Positions 48,535-60,663 of a DNA stretch of 64,000 nucleotides are shown in pieces; positions within the stretch are counted from its first letter, which is position 1, and every line of letters begins with the position of its first letter. The notes beneath the pieces were generated by a model that saw only the letters and a list, made by a program, of their open reading frames with translations, did not search any database and was not told the origin of the DNA. The stretch comes from a virus. The position numbers and the translations under genes were made by a program. The stretch spans positions 18,023 to 82,022 of the IMG/VR virus record IMGVR_UViG_3300026488_000021; one strand, 5' to 3'.

Positions 48535-50151
48535 ATGGCAAGAAATAAATGAATAATACCATTTTCTTGAAACTTTGAGCTACAAGTAGCAGCTCCATTA
48601 GATGCTAGGCAATATGTTGAAACAAAGGCAGACTTAACTAATGCTGCTACTTGGGAAGCTTTAGATGGGAATAGTTATGCTTACAAATGAATGATAGTAG
48701 CAGTCTACAATGATACGCCAGAAAACAATGGTGTATATGTTTTAGTTTGAGATGATGTGACTGATCCTGCTAGTTGGATTTCTGCTAAATGAGATGTAGA
48801 TAAAGACTTATCTAATGTAGATGATAATACAGTATTAAATAAAGTAAAGAACGTTGATTGAGATTGAAGCTGACTTGACGCTGATAAAGTTGATTGAAGG
48901 GATGTAGATGATACAAAAACAGATAATACTGTACTATGGACGGCTAAAAAAATATGAGATGAACTTAATAAAAAGGTAGACAAAGAAGAATGAAAATGAT
49001 TGTCTACGAATGACTTCACTGATACTTATAAGAATAAATTAGACTGAATTGAAGATTGAGCTGAAAAAAATGTACAATCTGATTGGAATCAAACAGATAA
49101 TACAATGGATGATTATATTAAGAATAAACCAGATTTATCTATTTATGAAGAGAAAGTAAATAAAGTATCGTCTTGGCAGTCTACTCCAGACAATACTCAT
49201 TATCCTAGCGAGAAATTGGTAAAAGACAATTTAGATGATTTGCAAGACAATAAAGCTGATAAAATAACCTCGTGAACGGAGAATAATTTTGTCTCAATAG
49301 ATAATACGTGAAACATAAAAGACAGTTGAAAAAAAGCTGATGATTTTGCAACTGCAACACATACACACAATTGGACAGAAGTAAATAAGACTTGAAGCAA
49401 ATTATTTGACATTGAAGATGTACCAGCTTATACAGGGAATGCGGGTAAAGTATTAGCTGTTAATAGTACAGAAGATTGATTAGAATGGGTGGATTGATGA
49501 GGTTGATGATGAGGTTGATGATGAGGTTGATGATGAGGTTGATGAGGTGGTTGATGAACTATACCTAATAATCCATATGCAATATATAAACTTAATTGAG
49601 ATTTAACAGACAGTAGTTGAAATTGAAGAGATTTAACATTGTATATTTGAACTCCAACTTATAAGACAGAGTGAGATATTACATATGTTGACACAAGAAG
49701 TAATAAAATTGCTACAAGAATGGATGGTGGTACCTTACTAAACCAATGGACCTTTTATGTTAAATTAAGAGATGTTGGAACAAGTACTCGGCAAACCATC
49801 TTTGGTTGAGAGACTAATGATAATATTGCAGTTTCAATATATAAAAGTAGTAATAAATATGTTATTAACTGATATAAATCTGGACACTGAACTCAATATT
49901 CCTATGCAAGTGATGTTAATGTAGATTGAAATTGGCACAAATTAGCAATTAGTTATAACAATTGAACTATCAAAATATATATGGATTGACAATTTAAAGT
50001 CTCTAAGAGTTGAACTTTGGACTTTAACTGTAATACATTTTTTTCTGATGAATATAATAGTGCGAATGAGCCTGCATCTTGAGAATTTGATGAAATAATT
50101 GTATACGATAGAGTATTAACAGATAGTGAAGCAAAAAGTTTAACAAGTTAA
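48535..50151 (+). CDS. Fibre protein with poly-Gly linker and C-terminal LamG/ConA-like domain
   Basis: PLDAR, DGDGSGLDAD, KVDKEEGKGLSTNDFT, NVQSDW, G21, YKLNGD..DSSGNG, DGNWH, DEIIVYDRVLT. Confidence 0.85.
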
Positions 50152-50177
50152 AATTTTATATTTTAAAAAAAATAATT

Positions 50178-50504
50178 ATGCCTAAAATTAAAGAAAATAA
50201 AGAATTGAAATATTTAATTCAAGCAGGTGAAGAATTATATCCTTGAAGATTTCTATGAATTTTAGATGGAAAGATTATTTTAAAATGATGAGATAAAGTT
50301 GATGAAGATAAAGTCAATGAATACATAAAAAAACTTAAAAAGAAAGAAAACATTCTCTCAATAGCAACTATTACAGACCAACTTAATTTAATGGCTTGAG
50401 TACTAGCAGAACAAGTAGAAGCAAAACCAGAAGAGGAAAGAACAGATTTAGAAAAAAAAGCCTTAAAGGTTTATAAATCTATAATGAAAATTTTAAGTCA
50501 ATAA
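50178..50504 (+). CDS. Hypothetical protein (fibre chaperone position)
   Basis: 108-aa ORF. Confidence 0.5.
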
Positions 50505-50563
50505 ATTGAAATATTTAAAAACTAAGTATGATAAAACCACTTTATGTGGTTATTTTTTAAAAA

Positions 50564-50941
50564 ATGAGAGTTGTTGAAAGAATTTTGCAAGAAAATTGAG
50601 CTACAATTGAGATGTTAAGAACCAATCCAGATTGTAATTGATGTGGTGGTAAAGGAGGAATTGATTTTGAAAATCTAATGAAAGCTTTGCCTTATTTTAG
50701 AAAGGATAAGGGTAAGCAATTGTTAGAAGACCTACATTTAATCTGTTGCCTACACGATATTTGCTTTGCTAGATGAGGAGGTTTATTGGATTTTTGGACT
50801 TGCAATTATAAATTTGCCTACAATGTGATAAAGCTTCTTCATTGGACTGATACTATAAGTAGAATGATTGTTTTTTTAGTTATATTTGGAGGAACAACAA
50901 TTTTTGGTTGAAAATATTTTAATTGGATAAAGAAAAAATAA
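50564..50941 (+). CDS. Phospholipase A2-like protein with hydrophobic C-terminus
   Basis: CNGCGGKGG...CCLHDICFARGG...VIFGG. Confidence 0.6.
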
Positions 50942-51279
50942 TGGACCAAACAATGATTAAATTATTATCAGATTTCGGAATAACAGGTGCTATGTATATT
51001 TTAATAATTCTAGCTTTTATTAAATATCTACCTAAATATTTAGAAAAACAAACGGAGGAAATAGAAAAAATAAATAATTTACATAGAGAGCAAATTAAAG
51101 AATTAACAGAAAAATTTGAAAAAATCACAGATAAAATAGTATGAAGTTTCGAGAAACAAATACAAAAATCTGATGATTGGCATAAACAACATCAAGCAGT
51201 TCTTAACGAGGTTAAAAATGATGTAAAAGATGTTAAAAGCTTTTTAATCAGAAAAATAAATAAAGATGGAAAAGATTAA
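50941..51279 (+). CDS. Holin-like protein
   Basis: Single TM (FGITGAMYILIILAFI) plus coiled coil, before the peptidase. Confidence 0.65.
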
Positions 51280-52108
51280 AGATTGATATTTTGGAGCAAT
51301 AGAGCAATACAACCAGCAGGACTATTTACTTGCTGGTAGTGAGTTAAATATTGATAATTTGAAAGACCAAAAAGAAAACTACTGGACTAACCAAATAGCC
51401 TACAATCAGTTTTACATCAATAATTCAATGTGTACTATTATTGCTGGTGCTGGTATTTTAAGCAATTATTTTAATTATACTTATAGTAAAGAGGAATTGC
51501 TAAGACTAGTTGAACTAGCAAAAAAAGAAAATCCACCATTTAGAGATTGAAGAGGTTGGTATATTTACAAGTGAGTAGATTTAAACAGAAAATATTGGAA
51601 CCAGAAAAATCCAGATAAGCAAGTAATAACTTATAGAATAGAAACTTGAAGTAAAGAATTTTATAAACTACTTGAAAAAGGTTATCATATCCAAGGATGA
51701 TTTAGATGAAATAGAGAGTTTAGTAAAGATAAAAAAGATGATTGTAAGATAAATAAAGTAGAAGCTATCTGAAAGCCTACTTATTGACACAGTATTTATT
51801 TTGCTATGAAGAATTGAAAAATTTATGTTGTTGATAGCTATAAAGGCTTTGGTTGTAATGTATATGAGGTTGTAAACTTTAAAAAGCTAGTAGAAAATAA
51901 GGTTTATTTTAAATACAGCTATGTTTATATTCCTAAAAAAAATATTATGAACCAATTAGAAAAAGATATTGCTATGGTAGAAAAAGCAATAGAATGTTGA
52001 ATAACTCATAACAAAAAAGAATTAGAAGATATAAAAAAATGAAAATACACACAAGACAACAGAACCACAATAAAAATTATGAGAGCAAAAAAAATAGAGT
52101 GTAAGTAA
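51266..52108 (+). CDS. Papain-fold cysteine peptidase, probable endolysin
   Basis: YNQ....SMCTIIAGA, YGHSI, VVDSY. Confidence 0.65.
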
Positions 52109-52175
52109 TTAGATAAATTGAAAAAAAGGGCTAGTGGTTATTATACTACTAGCTTTTTAATTTTAAATAAAAACA

Positions 52176-52598
52176 ATGTATGGAGTAATAGATATAGATT
52201 ACATAAACAATAACAGCTTAATTCAAAACTTAATTGATGAACCAGATAATGTAAAAAATAACTACATAAACAGAGCAGAGGCTATAATTTTTTCTTATAT
52301 TAATTTAAACCAATTTAAGCAAGAAGATTGAATTTATAATTTCCCAGAAGATTTAAAACTTGCTACATTGTTTGTAGTAGAGTACTTATATTTGAATTGA
52401 TGAACTTTTAAACAATCTTGAATAAAATCAGAAAAGATTGGAGATTATAGCTATACACTTTCAGACCAACAGATAAATAAACTTTCAGAGATTGATATGC
52501 CAATAAACATTGTAAGTATCTTAAATAAATACAGAAAAAAAGCTAGTTTTTATGATATAACTATTTGAGGATATGATAGACAATATGCTAATCAATAA
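52176..52598 (+). CDS. Siphovirus-type head-tail connector (SPP1 gp15-like)
   Basis: RAEAII..Y, PEDLKLAT, IKSEKIGDYSYT, ILNKYR. Confidence 0.8.
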
Positions 52599-52905
52599 AG
52601 TAAAACTTTTTGAAAAACAAATAACCAATGAAGGAGGTATAAGAAAAGAAACACTAAACGAATTGTGAGAATATAAAGGGAGATTAGGTTGATTTTATTC
52701 AAGTTGAGACCAAAGCCAGGTTTGAGTTCAAAAAATAGTAGAAGACAAAAGAATATTGTATTTAGAAAAATGAACTCCTGCTAAAAAATGACTAGTAGCA
52801 AAAGTAGATATAGAGGACGAAGAATATGAGATTTTAAATGTCTATAAAGTACAAGATATGAATTGAGTTAATCACCTTAAATGTTTAATTAAAACAATAA
52901 AGTAA
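52573..52905 (+). CDS. Head closure protein (SPP1 gp16-like)
   Basis: EYEILNV...NHLKCL; synteny. Confidence 0.65.
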
Positions 52906-53381
52906 TGTTTATAAAATGGGATAAAAGTGCTTTACAAAAAATATATAAAGCACCTTGAAAAGCTTTATATAAGACTTGACTTTATTTGGAAACTAAAATC
53001 AAAGAAGAAATTAAAGATAAAGCTTATGATACAGGTGATTTTTTAAGGAGTGTAAATACAAGAAAAGTAAAAGAAAACGAAGTAAGAGTTGGTAGTAATC
53101 ACATTCAAGCTTGGATTATGGAATATTGAAGAAAACCTGGTAAATTTCCAAATCTTGATGCTTTGGTATGATGGGCTTGAAGACACTGATTTCATAAAGA
53201 TAGTAGAACTAAACCATATGATAGTTTGTCAAGTGAAGCAAAAGGTAAAGTGTATGTTCTGGCAAGAAGTATTGCAAGAAAATGAATAAAGCCTAGAAGA
53301 ATATTTAGAGATACCTTTGAGAGATTTAAAAAAGATTTAAATAAAAAATATCAAAAATTTTTAAAAGATTTTCTAAAATAA
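52905..53381 (+). CDS. HK97 gp10-like neck protein
   Basis: DTGDFLRS, VG...A.IMEYGRKPGKFP..L..W, LARSIARKG..PR. Confidence 0.8.
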
Positions 53382-53714
53382 ATGAAAAGAATTAAAATAA
53401 AAGAGTTTTGATGGACATTAGAACTGTTTAGTAAAAATGAGAAAGAATATTTTGAAAAAAGAGTTTGACAGACAATGGATAGATGATGTGATTGATTAAC
53501 AATCACAGATAATGAAAGGTTATTAACAGATATAATAGTATTAGAAGATTATTGGAATACAGTGCCACACGAAATTACTCATTTTGTATCACATATGTTT
53601 AATGCAATATGAGTAGAATTTGATGATGAACTGTGGGCTTATTATATTTGATTTTATACTAAGGAATACTTTAAATATTTAGAAAAACAAGAATGAACTT
53701 GAAAAAAGCAATAG
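53382..53714 (+). CDS. Small HExxH zincin-like protein
   Basis: VPHEITH...DDELWAY. Confidence 0.6.
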
Positions 53715-54091
53715 CAGATTGGATTATAAACAATTCAGATTTACAACCTATTATTGGGGATAGAGTTTATAGAAATAAAGCTACTATAACAGACCAAACA
53801 CCATTTATAGTTTATAGCTTTGATAGAGTTGTAAATCAATGGGCTTGATGGAATAATAACCATCATTATTTAGGTTATTCAGTTATACTTGATGTAGTTT
53901 GAAAATATGAAGAGCAAGACCAAATGGAGTTTGTGAGAGACTATCTTATAAAAAAATGGAATGGGTTTAGTTGAGAACTAACAAGTGATTGGAGTTGAAT
54001 TATTTGACTTAGAGAATTTGTAGATTTATATGATGATAAAACCGACTTGTTAGTTTATAGGGTAGAGTTTTTGTTTAAAGAGGTTATATAA
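53693..54091 (+). CDS. Tail terminator (DUF3168-like)
   Basis: IIGDRVY...TPFIVY...LDV; synteny. Confidence 0.75.
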
Positions 54092-54161
54092 ATTGAAAAA
54101 AAACTAGATTAACTAAATTTAAGTTGTTGCTACAAAATATTTTAAATTATAAATTATAAGA

Positions 54162-54926
54162 ATGGCACAAACAGTTATACAAAATGAAAAAGCTTTATTG
54201 CCTTGAAGTGGTATTATTTATGTAGGTGAAGATTGGAGCTCATTAGTCAATATTTGAGCTTTTAGAGACCTAGTATACAATCATAAATCAGAAACAGCTA
54301 CAATCTCTTTTGATAATGTAGAAGATATTAAAAGAGTAAAGTATTTTAATAAAGGGTCTTTTGAGTTTAAACTTGCAGAGGTCGATAGTTCTATTTGGCC
54401 TTTGTTTAATAAAGGGTTAATTGATGTAAACTATGTCCCAGCTACTACTCAATCAGTTACAGATGAAGAAGTAACTATGAAAGCTGATAAAGTAGTATTA
54501 TTAGCAAACAAAAATGGAGATTGAACAAGAGTTGCTAATATTGTTGTGAAATCAGCTGATTGAGCCACAACATATACAGAGGGAACAGATTATGAGGTTG
54601 TAGTTGATGCAAGAGGTTATACAGGTTTAGTTATTGTAGATGGTGGTGGTATCAACGATGGAGACACTGTAAAAGTAAGCTATGACTACACACCAGTTAA
54701 ATATAGAAGTATAACATTTAAAGCATCCGGTATTAGTCAACCTATTGTTGCAAGATTTGAACATACTTCAAACGATGGTAAAAAATGTATTATTGACCTT
54801 GAGAATGTTTCTAACATTAAAACCCTTGGTATTGATTTTGTAGGTGATAATGATGATGATGTAGCAACAATGGATATTGAATTAGAAGGTTATGTTAAAG
54901 AATTTATAGACGAGATTACTGTTTAG
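54162..54926 (+). CDS. Major tail tube protein
   Basis: GSGIIYVG..NIGA, FKLAEV, inserted TYTEGTDY..VKVSYDY domain; terminator at 54955-54978. Confidence 0.8.
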
Positions 54927-54997
54927 TAAATTGATAAAAATCTAAAAAGATTATAAAAGGAGTGTAAAACTCCTTTTTATTTAATTAAAGACTTAAA

Positions 54998-55267
54998 ATG
55001 GTATTAGTAGTAAATACAGATTGGAAACCTACTGCTGAAGAAAGAAAAAAAATGCCTATTACAGCATTTTTACAACCTTCAACAAGGAAATATCCTTATA
55101 AAGTTAAAGTTAATCCAGACACAAAAAGAAAAGTTAGTATAGATAGTAAAGGTGTTTGGGCTATAAGCTGTAAAATGTTAAAAGATGCTTTTACATTGGC
55201 AAATATGCATTGAGCTACTAAAACTGCTAGTAAAGCTAAAAAACTTATTGACAAATATTGTAAATAA
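54998..55267 (+). CDS. Small basic protein (ER..(L/M)P..AF..P..RKYP family)
   Basis: AEERKKMPITAFLQPSTRKYPY. Confidence 0.55.
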
Positions 55268-55289
55268 TTTTATTTTTTAAATTATAAAA

Positions 55290-55610
55290 ATGGCTATAAA
55301 ACTTGACGACTTCTTGCCTAAAACTGTTGAAGTAGAATTTAAGTGAGAAAAGATAATTCTTAAAGAACCTACTATTGAAGATTTATTAGAAATTCAAAAA
55401 ATAAGTTTAGATATAGAACAAGGGAAAATTAACGAGGTAGAAGGAGCAATTAAAATCTTATCCTTACTAGCTGAAAAAGATAAACAAGAAACTTTTGAAA
55501 AGACTTTGAAGATTTTGCCTTATTCTAAATTATTAGAATTTCAAAAACAAGTATTTAAAGAATTGGGTTTAGGACAAAATGAGGTTGAGAATGAGACAGC
55601 GAACAAATAA
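55290..55610 (+). CDS. Tail assembly chaperone (G)
   Basis: Between tail tube and tape measure; slippery G GGT TTA at 55565-55571. Confidence 0.8.
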
Positions 55611-55795
55611 TTTACTTGATTTCAATATTTATGAAATATTACAATCAACCTCATAGTGAGATAATGAAGATGAGAGTTTGACAATTCTTTGCTTATTTGG
55701 ACCAGATAGAAAAAATAGAAAATCCAGAAAAAGCTAAAAAACCTAAAAAAGTTAGTATGGATGAGTTTAAAAATATGATTATGGGAGGTAGATAA
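55568..55795 (+). CDS. Tail assembly chaperone -1 frameshift extension (T)
   Basis: -1 frame open from the slippery site: FMKYYNQPHSEIMKMRVGQF. Confidence 0.7.
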
Positions 55796-55851
55796 ATTGA
55801 AACCTCCCTTTTTTGTTTACTATAAAAATAGTTTAGAACTAAAAGAAAATA

Positions 55852-58629
55852 ATGGCAAATCAAAAAGTATGAGAATTATATCTTTGACTTAGAGCTGATA
55901 TTGATTGACTAAAAAAAGACCTAGCAAACTTAAACAAAAAAGTATCTTCACAAGCAAAAAGAACCTGACAAAGTATTTGAAAAGAAATTTCAAATTGAAT
56001 TATGTGAGCTATTGGTAAACTTGGTGGGATAATAGCAGCTTTTGAAGGTATAAGAAAAAGCTTAGACTTATCTTGAATTTTAGAACAAAATCAAGTTGCT
56101 TTTGAAACATTATTATGAAGTGCTGAAAGAGCCCAAAGGATGATGAAAGAATTGACAGATTTTGCTAAAAACACACCTTTTGAATTATTAGGGCTACAAG
56201 ATACAGCAAAACAACTTATAGGTATGGGATTTGAAGCTAAACAAGTTATTCCTACTTTACAAATTTTAGGTGATGCTGTTAGTGCAGTAGGAGCTTGACA
56301 AGAAGGACTACAAAGAGTAGTAAGAGCATTGGTGCAGATTAAAGCAAAAGGTAAACTATCAGCAGAAGAAATGATGCAGTTGGCTGAAACTTGATTGCCT
56401 GTTTATGATATTTTGAGAGAAAAACTACATTTGACAGGCAAAGAAATGGCTAACTTATGAAATGCTTGAATAAAAGCAGGTGATGCTATTCAAGCTATTA
56501 TGGAAGGGTTGCAAGAAAGATATCAAGGTATGATGGAGGCACAAAGTAAGACTTTCAAAGGTATGTTATCAAACTTAAAAGATAGTATAGATATATTTTT
56601 AGCTGAGATATGAAAAAGTTTGCTACCTAGAATTAAAGAATGGTTAAGTGTTATTTTAGATTTCTTTGCTAAATGGTGAAAATTTTTGGCAAGTGAGATA
56701 TGAAAAACACTTACAACAATTTTTGGCGGAGCAGTAGAGTTTGCGTCTAGTGTAGTGAATTTATTTAAAAAAGTGTTTAGTATTCTCTGAAAAGATAACC
56801 AAAAAGCAGTTAAATGAATTGGATTAAATTGGCAAAGTTTATTTTACTATCTTAGGACTTGATTTAGAACAATTGTTTTTATAGCAAAAGCAGTAGTTAA
56901 AACTATTTGATGATTTTTTGGTATGATGGCTACTGCTGTAAAGAAGATTTTTGCTAAAATAGTAAATTATTTTGTAGACAAAATAAATTTCTTGATTGAT
57001 GGTTTTAATGCTCTTTGAGATAAATTTTGATTTACTTTTGATAAACTAGAAAAAGTAAGTTGGTGAGCTGGTGAAGACATAAGTAAGTCAATGAAACTAG
57101 CAACATCAAGTATTATGAAGGATTGGTGAGATTTAACTTTTAAGATGGCTTACGATTATTTACAAACAACAAAAAAAATTGAAGAAGCAAATAAGACAGT
57201 TTGATTTTCAGCAAAGAAATTTACTTTTGATGTTAAATGACTTTATACAGTTTTCAATAAGGCTTTCTCTTGAATTTGACAAACAACCTGAGCTGTAAAA
57301 CAACAATTTAAGGAACTTATAGACAAAGTAAACAATACAACTAAATCTATATCATCTTGATTATCTAAACAACTTAATCTTTACGATAAGGTAAAGGAAA
57401 AACTTATAAAAATAAAAGAAAAATATGAAGACTGGAAAAAAACAGCACACGATGCTATTTTAAGTATTAACCACGATTTAGCTAGTTTAGATCAAGAGAA
57501 AAATAACCAACTAGCTGAAAGATATGTAGAAATTCAAAAAGAATTACAAGAAACTTTAAAGAAGACAGAGGAATTAAAACAAAAAGCTAATCAAGAAGAA
57601 CAACAAAAACAACAGAGACTTATTGAATTACAAAATAGACTTAATATTCTTTTACAAAAGCAAGCTGAATTTACAGACAAAACAAAAGAGAGTACAAAAC
57701 TTTCAATTCAAAATCAAATACAATCAATACAACAACAAATAGAACAATTAAAAACTCAATCTACAAATCTTTCTGAATTATCAGAGTTAGAACAAAAAAG
57801 AATACAATTAGAAAAAGAACTACAAATAATCAAACAAAACGCACCAGAACAAATCCTAAAAGAAAAAGAGGCTTACGATAAATTAACAGAAAGTCAAAGA
57901 ATCTTGTATGAATACGAGAAAAAAAGACAACAGCTATTAGAACAAAAAGCTATTTACGAAGCTATTGAAGGACAAAAAGGATTATTAGAAAATGTTATAC
58001 AGGTTAAAGAGCAAGATTGACAACTTACAGCCGAATATTTTGACAAACAAAAACAACAATGGATAGAAATTACTAATTGGGAAAACATTCAACTAGCAGT
58101 AAGATTGGAAAATAAAAGACAAGCTCTTTTGCAGGAAACCCAAATCCAACTTGATGCTTTAGAACAAATTAAACAAGCTACACAAAATCAAACAGAAGAA
58201 CTAAAACAAATCTGGTCTAACTATAATAACTATTTGAAAATAGATACAGCAAATACTGTTGCAAAACTTCTTACAGAATATCAAAGAATAGTAAATCAAT
58301 TAAAACAAGTTTATTTATGGCAAAAGAAAACAAAAACAGCTTCAAAATGACACCATATGTGATGACTAGTAAAATGATTTGCAACAGGTTGATTTACAGG
58401 TTGAAATACTCCGTTAAAACCTGCTTGAATAGTTCACCAAGGGGAATATGTTATTCCTAAATGGATGACTGATACTTATAGATGATTAGTTGGAGCCTTA
58501 GAGAAAATAAGAATATGACAATCAACTAGTATAGTTAACCAGAATAAGAACTTTACTGTAAGTGAAATTGTTATAAATCAAGATGTAGATATTTTAAATG
58601 AACTTAATAGATTTAATTGGTTATATTAA
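55852..58629 (+). CDS. Tape measure protein (925 aa)
   Basis: EQNQVAFETLLGSAERA, FAKNTPFE, KGKLSAEEMMQL, SNLKD, FATGGFTG..PAGIVHQGEYV. Confidence 0.93.
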
Positions 58630-58633
58630 ATAA

Positions 58634-59536
58634 ATGCTTTGAAAAAAATATTGGTATAAATGACAAGAAATAAGTGTTTGAGTTTTAGAATATTGAATTG
58701 ATTTTACAAGAAATTGGGTTAGTGGCATTTCTAACATAGACCGGAAAATTTTAAGCACAAAAGAAAATAAATTAGATTATAAAGGCTCACATTGAGCTTT
58801 TGTTTCTCCTACATTAGCGCATTGAAGATATATAAGAATTGAAGGATTGGTTCGGTGAAAGACAAGAGCTGATTTATTAGAGGGTATGAACTACATAGAG
58901 ACTTTATTTGCTTTACAAGCTTACACTTACGAAACGGAATTAAACAGATTGGAATTTATAGATGAAAGTGACTATAGGTGGTACATAGATTGTAAAGTAA
59001 GAACACCTGTAAGCTGGGATTTTGAGACAGATGATATGAACGATTGAACCATAAGAAGATATAAAGTAGAACTATTTGCACCTAGTCCTTTTATTTACAG
59101 TGTAGAGGACTTATTTGTTGATTTTAATGAAGGGGATTATTGAGGAATAAAACTTGGAACTAAACTATGAACTAAATTTGATACAGCTTACAATAAAATA
59201 CATTGTAAGCAAACAGCTTGAAATTTTCAAAGTCCTACTATCTGGGAAGTAGATATTTTAAAGGATTGTGAGGACTTATTTATTTACGATATTGATACTA
59301 ATAGTAAGTTCTATATGAGATGAAGCTTTAAGCAATGAGACCATATAACTATTGATTGATTTAATTTGGTTACTTACAAAAATTGATACAGACTAGATTG
59401 AGTTCTTACAGATGATAGCTTATTCCCAGTAGTTAGTAAAGAAACAAACTTTATTATAAGAGATAAATATTCTATGTTTTATAATGTTGAGAATAGCTTA
59501 ATTTGAACTGTTAAATTTAAAAATGTAATTTTATAA
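58634..59536 (+). CDS. Distal tail protein (Dit)
   Basis: HG....., GRYIRIEG, VELFAPSPFIYS; follows TMP. Confidence 0.75.
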
Positions 59537-59537
59537 A

Positions 59538-60662
59538 ATGAATAATTTACAAGCCAGAATATATACACCACAATGAGATTTAATACAAACTCATTTTAAT
59601 TTTACAGAATTAGAAATTCTAAAAAAAAGAAATGATAAATGATTTTGTAAACTATGATTAGATCTAAAAGATGAAGTCAAAAAAGAAAATCTAAATCTAT
59701 GAAATAAATTAGAATTAGTTTTAGTTTATCCAAAAGAAATTCTGGTTGAATACTGATGATGAGTAAGTAAACGGTGGACTTTTGAAGATTTGCAAGATAA
59801 GACATTTACAGATTTATGAAACTTAAGATTTATTGATTTATGAAATAAAGTGGATTGATGAGTTATAAAAAGAATAAATTGGGAGGCTTGAACTTTATTT
59901 GTTTGATACTTAGAAAATATAGAAGTTGATAAAGATATAAGACTTATCTTTGTTGATAGTTTTGGATTTACTCAGTATAGAATTTTAAAAGAGAATGTAG
60001 ATTGAAACTTTGGGCTTGTAGATTTCTTAAATGATAGATGAATAAAAGCAATTTGAGAAAATAAGCAAGTCCATATAAAAGAAAATAAATGACAAACATT
60101 TTATAATATTTTAAAAGATACAATAAGACAGTATAAACTAACAATTAAAAGCAACTTAGAAAACATAGAAGTAAACAACACTAAAAAAAGCTGAAGAAGG
60201 TTTATTTATTCTGCTTTAAATGCTTATAACAACAATATAGTTGATTTTAAAATAACATCATCAATTAAAAATCTTGCTAATAGAGTTTTGAACAAAGATA
60301 GTGATTGAAATTATACCGAAAAAGAAGATTGAACCAGTATTTATAGACATTGATTGATTGAAAAATTTGAAAATGCTGATGTAAATAATTTAGACCTATA
60401 TAAGGAACAAAAAGAAGAAGTTGCTGTAAATGTTATTTTAACAAATTGGTTTAGTTTAGATGTATGAGATAGTGCAAAGATTATTATAAATTGAAAGTTT
60501 GACTATTTAAATATAAATTTTGAAGGAGTTTTGGAAGAAAAAAGATTTAATCTAAAAGAAGGGATAATTATACAATTAAAGTTTAGTAAAGGAATTAAAA
60601 CAATGGAATTTTTAGACAAGTTTAATTATTTGCAAGAGAATGTTTATAAAATAAATCTATAA
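59538..60662 (+). CDS. Tail tip/hub protein (Tal-like)
   Basis: LANRV, SIYRHGLIE, LDVGD; follows Dit. Confidence 0.65.
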
Positions 60663-60663
60663 A

